A stretch of DNA of 28,457 bases, taken from positions 1-28,457 of the IMG/VR virus record IMGVR_UViG_3300037524_001174; one strand, given 5' to 3'. This document shows, one piece after another, positions 19,197 through 26,435 of this stretch (the stretch's first letter is position 1; the number at the start of each line of letters is the position of its first letter). The notes under the pieces were generated by a model, which saw nothing but the letters and a program-made list of their open reading frames with translations, made no database searches and was not told the DNA's origin. Position numbers and translations under genes: made by a program. The stretch comes from a virus (taxonomy: Duplodnaviria > Caudoviricetes).

Positions 19197-19433
19197 CTAC
19201 GCCTGCTCGAACCAGATGTACACCCTCCCGTCCATGCTGCGAGAGCGCTGCTTCACCCCTCGCTCGGCCATGAGCGAGCGCTGCACGACCGTGAAGTTCG
19301 GACGCTGCGAGAAGGAGAGCATGGCCCCCTCCATCAGCCGGTCGAACCAGAGCGCCTTCGTGGCGTCCTTCACTCGCTGCACCTCCGCAGCGTCAGTGAT
19401 GACCTCGAAGTCCGTGATGGGCTGACCCTTCAT
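19197..19433 (-). CDS. Hypothetical protein (78 aa), first gene of the leftward operon
   Basis: GAAGGGAG RBS 6 nt upstream of the ATG; lies just downstream of the predicted promoter. Confidence 0.7.
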   Translation of the reverse strand: MKGQPITDFEVITDAAEVQRVKDATKALWFDRLMEGAMLSFSQRPNFTVVQRSLMAERGVKQRSRSMDGRVYIWFEQA

Positions 19434-19474
19434 GTCTGTCTCCCTTCGGTCGCTCTATGGGTGGCGGTAGAAGA

Positions 19475-19503
19475 AGTATACATCACGACTATAGGAGTGT
19501 CTA
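19475..19503 (-). promoter_or_regulatory. Sigma70-like promoter for the structural operon
   Basis: On the minus strand: TAGACA (19503-19498), N17, TATACT (19480-19475), about 40 nt upstream of ATG 19433. Confidence 0.65.
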
Positions 19504-19771
19504 CCCCTATAGTGTATGGACTCCCCTATAGGGGAGTCCTATATATGACTCCTATATATAGGAGCCCCGATAGGGGCTCCATCAGAGAGCCCCGGTAGGG
19601 GCTCTCTGTAAGGGTGGGGGGAAAGAAACTACTACTCCTATGACTGACACTCCTCCTATAGGAGCCCCTATCGGGGCTCCATGAGTGTGGGGGATATAGA
19701 CCACCTCCTATAGGAGCCCCTACGGGGCTCCATACATAGACTCCATGATAGATGTCCTCCTATAGGAGGAC
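19488..19771. repeat. Array of CTATAG-centred palindromes and GAGCCCC-N3/4-GGGGCTC hairpins
   Basis: GGACTCCCCTATAGGGGAGTCC 19518-19539; CTCCTATATATAGGAG 19549-19564; CTCCTATAGGAG at 19653 and 19705; GTCCTCCTATAGGAGGAC 19754-19771; hairpins at 19561-19580, 19583-19608, 19661-19680 and 19713-19731. Confidence 0.9.
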
Positions 19772-19998
19772 TATATATGGGTGGGGCTATGTATCAGAGA
19801 TGGGCTGCATCCCCCCAAGGGGGGGACGGCTCGGAGAGCCGGGGGGGTGGGACCCGGTACCCGTTGGAATGTGAGTGCATTGCCCGCACTCATGGGTGCA
19901 CACCGTGCACCCTCTCTCATTGCTCTCACGTGGAGGGATGGGTGGTTGTCGGACAGTCCGTCACCCATATCCCCTACCCATAGCCTGCACCTATAGGT

Positions 19999-20067
19999 CC
20001 CACCCATCTATAGCCTCCACCCATCTATATGCTCCCCACCCCTATATGCGTCCCACACCTATATGCC
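19999..20067 (+). repeat. Four imperfect ~17-nt tandem direct repeats (CCAC...CTATA(T)GC)
   Basis: cccacccatctatagcct / ccacccatctatatgctc / cccacccctatatgcgt / cccacacctatatgcc. Confidence 0.75.
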
Positions 20068-20196
20068 AGTGACATACACCCTCTCGGCGGTGAGCCCCTG
20101 CTCCCCATACCCCCGGGGAGTATCGGCCCACGGTGGGCGCATCCCCCTGCCCCGTGGGCCCATCCGGGCCCTGCCCGTGGGGCCATCCCCCTCGAC

Positions 20197-20281
20197 TACG
20201 TAGCCCCCTGAGCGTGGGCCTACGTAGGTACGTAGTCCACGTTACGTACCCCTCTACGTACTCCCCGTGCTCAACTACGTA
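20197..20281. repeat. Cluster of six TACGTA palindromes
   Basis: TACGTA starts at 20197, 20221, 20229, 20243, 20255 and 20276, plus CACGTA at 20295. Confidence 0.85.
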
Positions 20282-20311
20282 TTGCCATAGCCCCCACGTA
20301 GGCTCTAAGGT
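20282..20311 (+). promoter_or_regulatory. Sigma70-like promoter for the rightward (early-type) transcript
   Basis: TTGCCA (20282-20287), N18, TAAGGT (20306-20311). Predicted start site near 20318. Confidence 0.45.
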
Positions 20312-20313
20312 CC

Positions 20314-20754
20314 CCTCATCGCCGCCACGCACTGAGCGGCTCGCACGCAGGAGCAACCGAACACCGACCGCAACGCGACGGGAGCGCCGCTACCAGTCCC
20401 CTCGGGGGCCGGGCACGAAGGGCGAGTAAGCAGGGGGGTCGCCCCTGCGAACGGGAGCCGGGGTCGGGACGATTGCAGCACCGCCATCACGCAGACAGGA
20501 CCGGACCGCGAGGCACTCAGCCCCGTGGGCGCTACTAGCACCGTCCCGCGCTACGGCAGCGGGAGTGCCGCCCACGTTGGAGCATCTGACTGCAGCGTCA
20601 CGCTGCCGCCCCCGATGAGGGGCGGGGCGGATGCGCTCAGATGCGGTGCTGCCGCAGGTTGACGGTCCACCCGGCACCCTCTCAGCAGGTGCTGCCGATG
20701 TGCTTCATCCCGGCCACCCATCCCGTCGCACCCGAGCCCAGATGAGGCAGGGAC
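20314..20754 (+). ncRNA. Candidate ~440-nt highly structured non-coding RNA, family unknown
   Basis: No credible ORF. Nested long-range helices: 20314-20/20741-47, 20338-43/20733-38, 20375-83/20721-29, 20407-13/20709-15, 20457-62/20670-75, 20475-84/20643-52. Internal arms: 20430-48, 20524-76, 20582-644. Confidence 0.45.
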
Positions 20755-20802
20755 GACGGTCCCGGTGAGCCGGTGCACGGCGGGCATGGGCCCGCGCCCC
20801 AT

Positions 20803-20886
20803 GGGGGTCGTGAGCGACGGTCGCTCAGGTGGCTGTAAACCACCCGCCTTCGGGCAGCAGGGGTTCGACACCCTTGGCCCCCACCA
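20803..20886 (+). tRNA. tRNA-Tyr (GTA), class II with long variable arm and encoded CCA
   Basis: Acceptor GGGGGTC/GGCCCCC + A73 + CCA; D stem GAGC/GCTC; anticodon arm GGTGG-CTGTAAA-CCACC (GTA at 20835-20837); variable arm GCC-TTCG-GGC; T arm AGGGG-TTCGACA-CCCTT. Confidence 0.88.
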
Positions 20887-21090
20887 CCTCGTACCCTCCC
20901 GGCGGTCCACGCTACGGGCGTGGCCTGTATCAGCCGGGCAGGGCGGCATCCGCACCATGTCGAATGTCTCACGGTGCCTCGTCGGTGGCCCAGATGGTGG
21001 CCGACATGAGGGGTGGCAGCGACGGCCGAGAGGCACGCTAGCCACCCCGCCTCATCTCCCCCACGCCTAGCACCCAGAAAGGACCCACCG

Positions 21091-21360
21091 ATGTTCGCGT
21101 CCACCGACCTGTCCGCCCTCCGCGCCTCCACCGACCTGAAGGCCCAGCAGGACGCTCGCCTGCGCCTGTTCGACCTGTCGCTCACCCTCACCTGCCGCGC
21201 CGAGCGCGCCGCCCGTGGCGGTGACAAGGCGCAGGCCGCCGCCCTGTTCCGCGAGGCGGACTTCACCCTCTCGTGCCTGCCGCTGGGCGCCGCCGAGCGC
21301 ACGGCGGGGACGGGGTTCCTGCTCGACACCATGCGCCTCGTGAGCCCTGAGGGGCGCTGA
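21091..21360 (+). CDS. Hypothetical protein (89 aa, MFASTDLSAL...)
   Basis: GAAAGGA RBS at 21077; strong GC3 codon bias. Confidence 0.75.
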   Translation: MFASTDLSALRASTDLKAQQDARLRLFDLSLTLTCRAERAARGGDKAQAAALFREADFTLSCLPLGAAERTAGTGFLLDTMRLVSPEGR

Positions 21361-21441
21361 GGCACCCGGCCGAAGATACCCGCGCTGGCCACGCGGTGGC
21401 GCCCCAGCACGCTTAGAGGGGGCTCACTTGCACGAGGTGCA

Positions 21442-21506
21442 CCATGCCGAAAGGCCGCACGGGGTGCGGCCTCCACCGGGCGCCATCCCGGTGCTGATGA
21501 GGCTGG
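21442..21506 (+). ncRNA. Hammerhead ribozyme, type II topology; predicted cleavage 3' of C21473
   Basis: CCA-T-GCC | GAAA (21449-52) | stem III GGCCGCAC-ggg-GTGCGGCC | TC | stem I CACCGGG-cgccat-CCCGGTG | CTGATGA (21494-500) | GGC-TGG. All core nucleotides and three stems are present; intergenic. Confidence 0.9.
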
Positions 21507-21526
21507 CAACGAAAGGGCCCACGAAC

Positions 21527-21781
21527 ATGTCTCGCATCCTTGCCCTGCTCCGGGTCCGCCGCTGGGCCCCGGACGCCACGCTCATCGCAGTCTCGGAGCC
21601 TGATAAGCACGGGTTCTGCACCGTGCTGGCGCAGGGCACGCTCACCAAGAGCGTCCCCGTGCGGCGTGCATTCATCGTCCTCAGCGTCCACGTGGGGGGC
21701 TCCACGTGCCGGTTCATGTCGTGGACCAACGAACAGGATGCCCGGTCGGACTTCGACCGCCGCTGCGCGTGGGGGGTCTGA
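21527..21781 (+). CDS. Hypothetical protein (84 aa, MSRILALLRV...)
   Basis: GAAAGGG RBS at 21511; directly downstream of the hammerhead. Confidence 0.65.
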   Translation: MSRILALLRVRRWAPDATLIAVSEPDKHGFCTVLAQGTLTKSVPVRRAFIVLSVHVGGSTCRFMSWTNEQDARSDFDRRCAWGV

Positions 21782-21863
21782 GGACTCCCACACCCCGCGT
21801 GCCACACACCTGACACGCCCATCTGCCACAATCCACCCACGTAGCCCTGAAAGGACCCATCCG

Positions 21864-23279
21864 ATGGCGAAACTCGCACTCCCGAGGCTGCTCGACCGCC
21901 CGTCCGAGGTGGTCGATGAGCGCACCCGGTCATCCGTCGGGCTGGCCGGTGACATGGTCGTGGACGTCTTCTCCCCGGCCAACCTCGTCACCCCGGCGGC
22001 CACGTTCGTCGTGACACCGACCGACGTTTCGGTGGCCGTGGGGGTGCTCACCGACTCGTTCGTGGCCCCCCGCATCAACCGCCTGCTGGACGGTGTGGCG
22101 GGCGCCCCGCGCATCGAGAAGTACCACCGCACGGGTCGCATGGTGGCCCGTTTCCGGGGCCATCCGCGCCCGCTGCCGGTGTCATTCACGCTCCCGCTGG
22201 TGCCCATGGGTGCCCCCGGTTCGATGGGCGTTGCCCCCACCATCGTGCAGGCTGTCGCCCCGGCCCCCGTGCCTCCGGCCCCTGCTCCGGCCCCTGCTCC
22301 CGAGGCTCCGGCCCCGATGGTGCTCCAGCCGGAAAGCCCCCACGTCGCGCTGAAGGTCGCACCGGCCGCAGTCGATGCGCAGACGTGCGGGTGCCCGGCC
22401 GGTGGGTGCCTCTTCACGTACCCGGACCGCTCACGCGCCGGGCGCATCATCACCTCAGCCCTGACGAAGGCGGCCCTGAAGGCGGCCCTCGCCAAGCACC
22501 GCTCCGGCGAGCGCTCCACGGTGGCGCTCGTTGGCCCGAAGGGCACGGGCAAGACCGAGTTGGTGTGGGACCTTGCCGCTGCCGAGGGCATGGGCCTGTT
22601 CGTCTTCGACGGTGCTGGTGCATCGTCATTCGCAGACTGGACGGGCGCCACGGCGCTCGTCACCGAGGGCGGGCAGACGGTGACCCGCTACATCCCCTCG
22701 TCATTCATCGAGGCCATCCGCGTGGACGGCCCGCACGGTGACGAGAAGCGCCTCGTCCTCGTGGACGAGTTGAACCGTGCCGAGTTGGCCGGTGCGTTGA
22801 ATGCCCTCATGCCCATCCTCTCGGCCGGGAGCCTGTACATCCCCGAGACGGGCAGGACGGTGGTCGTGAGCCGCAACGTCATGTTCCTCTTCACGCTCAA
22901 CCGGGGCTCCGCCTACAACGCCACCATCACGCTGGACGCGGCGCTCAGCGACCGCATCGAGACGTGGGTGCGCACCGAGTACCTCCCCGAGCAGGACGAG
23001 ACGAACCTCGTCTGCGCCCGCACCGGGCTGGCCCCCGAGCAGGCCGCCCGCCTCGTGCGCGTCGGCCGCCATATCCGCGACGTGGCCGAGCGTGGCGAGA
23101 TTGACGATGGCGTCTCCACCCGCCGCATCCTCGTGGCGGGCAGCATGGTGTCGCAGGGCATGAGCCTGCGCGATGCCGCTGAGGTGTGCTGGGCCAACAT
23201 CTACCCGGACGAGGGTGGGAGCGAAGGCCAGCGCGGGCTCGTCATCACGGCCATCAACGCCGCCCTCAGCGCTTCCTGA
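21864..23279 (+). CDS. MoxR/CobS/CbbQ-like AAA+ ATPase with an N-terminal extension and Pro/Ala linker
   Basis: GAAAGGA RBS at 21849. Walker A GPKGTGKT, Walker B LVLVDELNRA, TLNRGSAYNATITLDAALSDR (Arg finger), sensor II STRR. Confidence 0.88.
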   Translation: MAKLALPRLLDRPSEVVDERTRSSVGLAGDMVVDVFSPANLVTPAATFVVTPTDVSVAVGVLTDSFVAPRINRLLDGVAGAPRIEKYHRTGRMVARFRGHPRPLPVSFTLPLVPMGAPGSMGVAPTIVQAVAPAPVPPAPAPAPAPEAPAPMVLQPESPHVALKVAPAAVDAQTCGCPAGGCLFTYPDRSRAGRIITSALTKAALKAALAKHRSGERSTVALVGPKGTGKTELVWDLAAAEGMGLFVFDGAGASSFADWTGATALVTEGGQTVTRYIPSSFIEAIRVDGPHGDEKRLVLVDELNRAELAGALNALMPILSAGSLYIPETGRTVVVSRNVMFLFTLNRGSAYNATITLDAALSDRIETWVRTEYLPEQDETNLVCARTGLAPEQAARLVRVGRHIRDVAERGEIDDGVSTRRILVAGSMVSQGMSLRDAAEVCWANIYPDEGGSEGQRGLVITAINAALSAS

Positions 23280-23323
23280 GGGCGGCACACTCCCACACGA
23301 CACCCCAGAAAGGACCGACACCC

Positions 23324-24949
23324 ATGGCCGCTCTCATCGTCCCACCCCCGGCTCCGCCGGATGACCCCATCCCATGGTTCACCGAGCGCCTGCGGCGTGC
23401 GGGCGGGTTCGCCCCCATCGGCGCAGACGGCTCCCGCGTGCGGCGCGACGGTGACTCCATCGCTGCCGTCCTGACCGTTCTCACGCAGGCCGTGGCGGCC
23501 CTCCACGATGATGACCACCCGTACCGTGTGGTCTTCAACAAGGCGTCCGCGAGCGCGGGCACCGACCTCGAAGGCAAGATGGTCGAGGTGGGCTCCAAGC
23601 CCCTGAGCGACCCGGCGCTCACCGACGGCCAGATGGCCGCCGTCATGGCCGGGCTCGTACTGCACGAGGTCGGCCATATCTGCTACAGCCGCCAGTACAC
23701 GGGCAGCGTCAACCGCGCCTTCGGCGGGGCCGAGAACGTGACGGGCGCCATCCGCACGCTCAGCAACCTCGCGGCCGACTGCCACGACGAGGCAGCGGCC
23801 ATGGCACTGTTCCCCGGGCTGGCCCCCGCCATCGCGGTGACCCTCTGGTGGGTGAGCGGCAAGGGCGAGGCTGAGCGGCGCCTCTGCAGCGAAGCGCTGC
23901 AGCGCAGCGCGGTGGACCGCGTCAACCTCGCCATCGCTGCCACGAGGTACCCGTGGCAAGTCGAATGGGACACGGTCGAGGCACTCGAATGGCTCGACTG
24001 GTGGACCGACTGGGCGCGCCGGGCACACGATGCCGGGGAGCCCAAGGAACACGCCGCCATGGTCGTGGAGGCTATCGCCAAGGTGCGGGCATTCGTCCCG
24101 CGCAAAGAGCCCTCTCAGACACCCATCCCCGACGAGCCCGAGGGCGCCCCTGAAGAGGACGCCGACGAGGGCGAGGACGAGGGCGATGGTTCGTCGGGCG
24201 AGAGTGAAGACGCCGAGGATGAGGACGCCCCCGAGGGCGACGAGCCCGGCGACGGTGACTCCGACGAGGACGAGGGCGAAGGCGAGGACGCCGAGGGCGA
24301 GCCTCAGGACGAGGGTGAGCCCGAAGGGTCCGACGAGGGCCCCGATGGCGACGAGCCCGAGGACGATGGCGACGAGTCCGACGGGTCGGACGAGCCCGCC
24401 GACGCACCGGGCGGCAAGGACGAGGACGAGGACGGGGAGGACGCCGATGGCGGCAGCGAACCCGTGCAGTCCCGTGACATGTCCGACGGTGACGAGGACG
24501 AGGGCGAGGGCGAGGGCGAAGACGGCGCGGACGGGCAGCCCGGTGGCGCCGAGGACCGCTCCGACGATGAGCCTGAAGACCCCACCGACGAGGATGAAGA
24601 CCCCACGCACACGAGCGGCGGCGGGGTCACCGAGCACACCGACAAGGGCTCCCTCGCGTCGGACATGTCCGACTGGGAGCAGTCCAACGCCCTCCGCGAG
24701 GAGAACACCTACCAGCGCGGGATGCAGGACCCCTGCGCTGCCGACGCGGCCAAGGCCATGTACACCGACCAGCGGCTGCAGATGCAGGCCGAGGCGGCCC
24801 TGAAGGGCACCCGCGAGGGGGCCCGCGCCCGGGTCTACAACCACGCGGCGTCGCGCTACTTCGAGTCCTACACGCATGGCGGCAAGCGCGGCCATGTCGT
24901 GAGGATGGTCCCACGGGTGAAGGGGAACCAGTGGGGGTTCGACCTGTAG
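23324..24949 (+). CDS. HExxH metallopeptidase-like protein with a long Asp/Glu-rich tract (CobT N-terminal / vWA-associated peptidase-like)
   Basis: GAAAGGA RBS at 23308. GLVLHEVGHICYS...LSNLAADCHDE, then an acidic low-complexity region at about 24130-24610. Confidence 0.75.
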   Translation: MAALIVPPPAPPDDPIPWFTERLRRAGGFAPIGADGSRVRRDGDSIAAVLTVLTQAVAALHDDDHPYRVVFNKASASAGTDLEGKMVEVGSKPLSDPALTDGQMAAVMAGLVLHEVGHICYSRQYTGSVNRAFGGAENVTGAIRTLSNLAADCHDEAAAMALFPGLAPAIAVTLWWVSGKGEAERRLCSEALQRSAVDRVNLAIAATRYPWQVEWDTVEALEWLDWWTDWARRAHDAGEPKEHAAMVVEAIAKVRAFVPRKEPSQTPIPDEPEGAPEEDADEGEDEGDGSSGESEDAEDEDAPEGDEPGDGDSDEDEGEGEDAEGEPQDEGEPEGSDEGPDGDEPEDDGDESDGSDEPADAPGGKDEDEDGEDADGGSEPVQSRDMSDGDEDEGEGEGEDGADGQPGGAEDRSDDEPEDPTDEDEDPTHTSGGGVTEHTDKGSLASDMSDWEQSNALREENTYQRGMQDPCAADAAKAMYTDQRLQMQAEAALKGTREGARARVYNHAASRYFESYTHGGKRGHVVRMVPRVKGNQWGFDL

Positions 24950-25000
24950 GTCGGCCCCCACGCCTCTCCCACACCCCCACGCGAACGAAAGGGCACCCCG

Positions 25001-25744
25001 ATGACAGACAGACTCCCGGTCACCACCCGCAGCAACGCCTCAGCGTCCGCCGCGCTCGCGGCGGCCATCGTCTCGTCACGGCGCGGCCCGTCGGCTCCCA
25101 AGCGCGAACAGCGCACCGGGCGCGTGGACCGTCGCCGCCTCGCCCGTGTGGCGGTGGCCGACCCCCGGGTCTTCACCCGCCGTGGGGCCCCGGCTCCCGA
25201 CAAGGTCCGGGTCACCATCCTCGTGGACGCCTCCGGGTCCATGTCGTGGGTCAACAACGTCCACGAAGCGCTGGGCCGGGTCGCGGTGCAGGTGTGCCGG
25301 GAGTTGGCGGACGCCACCGACATGCTGCCGTGGGTCCATGCGGACGTGGTCGCCTTCTCGACCATGGGCATGGATTGCGTCCTGTACCCGCTCTGGGAGA
25401 CGGGCCAGCCGACGAAGAACGTGGACCTGTACGGAGAGGTCACTCTCGGCGGGACCGAGGAAGGCTACGCGCTGGCGTACACCTACGACGCCCTGAAGGA
25501 ACGCATCAGGGACCGTGAGCAGGGGCTCATCATCATCATCAGCGACGGCGGCCCCAGTGAGCCGCTCCACGTCGCCAGTGTCGTGCGCATGTGCCGCGAG
25601 GGCGGCATCCCGGTGGTGAGCGTGGCTCTCACCGAGAGCGCCCAGCAGCCCAAGATGTACGGGCTGGAGAACGTCATCGTGTACGACGGCAACAGCCGGG
25701 CTCTGGCCCGGGGAATGGCCAAGGTCATCGGCCGGGTCCTCTAG
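25001..25744 (+). CDS. von Willebrand factor A (vWA) domain protein
   Basis: TGRVDRRRLAR (CobT-like), MIDAS motif ILVDASGSM, GGT, IIIISDGGP. Has its own RBS at 24987. Confidence 0.88.
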   Translation: MTDRLPVTTRSNASASAALAAAIVSSRRGPSAPKREQRTGRVDRRRLARVAVADPRVFTRRGAPAPDKVRVTILVDASGSMSWVNNVHEALGRVAVQVCRELADATDMLPWVHADVVAFSTMGMDCVLYPLWETGQPTKNVDLYGEVTLGGTEEGYALAYTYDALKERIRDREQGLIIIISDGGPSEPLHVASVVRMCREGGIPVVSVALTESAQQPKMYGLENVIVYDGNSRALARGMAKVIGRVL

Positions 25745-25783
25745 GGCCCGGCCCCATCCCTCTCAGTGAAAGGACGCACCGTC

Positions 25784-26074
25784 ATGGCATTCCACGTTCG
25801 CACCACCGAGCACGCCGGGCCGAAGCATCGGTACGGCGGTCACTGGGGCCCCAAGGCCGAGGCGAAGCACGAGTCCTCCCGGGTGCGTCGGCGCATCGGG
25901 GACCGGGCGGCCATCGCTGAGGGCATGGCCGAGGTCATCGAGTGCCGGTCCCTCCCCGACGTCGGGTGGGAGGATGCCGAGGGCTCGTACGAGGATTGGC
26001 TGCGCTGGGAGGGCATCTGCCCGTGCGACTGCCACCTGAGCGACGGCGGCGGCCAAGTGTGCTGGGAGTGCTGA
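25784..26074 (+). CDS. Hypothetical protein (96 aa) with a C-terminal CxCxCH...CxxC motif
   Basis: GAAAGGA RBS at 25768. Confidence 0.65.
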   Translation: MAFHVRTTEHAGPKHRYGGHWGPKAEAKHESSRVRRRIGDRAAIAEGMAEVIECRSLPDVGWEDAEGSYEDWLRWEGICPCDCHLSDGGGQVCWEC

Positions 26075-26130
26075 CTCCCACACGACCCATCCCGAAGACC
26101 CGACAGGCACTCACGAAAGGACACACACCC

Positions 26131-26349
26131 ATGAACCTCAGCGAATGCACCCACCCCACCAGCAGGGGCCCCACCGAGGGCATGCTGGAAGACGGCGACT
26201 TCCGGCGCGTCTGCCTCACCTGCAAGCGTGCCTTCGACCCGGAGCCCGACCCTGAGGCCCCGGACATCCCGTTCCCGGGCTCCGACGGCACGTGCGACTG
26301 CGCGGCCTGCGTCGAGAGCGGGCTCCCCATGCTCAGCCCGGGAAGGTGA
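26131..26349 (+). CDS. Small Cys-rich hypothetical protein (72 aa)
   Basis: GAAAGGA RBS at 26115; motifs CTH...CLTC...CDCAAC. Confidence 0.7.
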   Translation: MNLSECTHPTSRGPTEGMLEDGDFRRVCLTCKRAFDPEPDPEAPDIPFPGSDGTCDCAACVESGLPMLSPGR

Positions 26350-26435
26350 GCATGGCCAACTGCATGTGGTGCGGGGCGAACCAGTACAGCGTCCCGCACG
26401 CCTGTACCTCTCACACCTCACGAAAGGAGACACCT

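Noticed and set aside
432-19425. Many long plus-strand ORFs (e.g. 432-1511, 9868-12495, 14927-16600)
   Set aside because: They are antisense shadows of motif-bearing minus-strand genes, expected in high-GC DNA; no RBS or recognisable motifs.
19488-20300. Possible CRISPR array
   Set aside because: Repeats are not constant-length units separated by unique spacers, and no cas genes are present.
20314-20886. tmRNA or RNase P RNA
   Set aside because: The tRNA has a full anticodon arm and no G3-U70 Ala acceptor; RNase P GAGGAAAGUCC-type motifs are absent.
20950-21012. HDV-like (theta) ribozyme after the tRNA (GCCTCGT resembles L3)
   Set aside because: Could not build P1, P1.1 and J4/2 consistently, and it is not flush with the tRNA 3' end.
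19771-21070. Short ORFs in the central region
   Set aside because: No RBS, atypical composition, and they overlap palindrome arrays, the tRNA or structured RNA.
21464-21520. Alternative type III hammerhead using GAAA at 21511
   Set aside because: Stem II would have only one base pair and stem III is imperfect; the type II fold is fully paired and this GAAA belongs to the RBS.
21413-24961. Long minus-strand ORFs 21413-22663 and 23201-24961
   Set aside because: Antisense to the AAA and HExxH genes.
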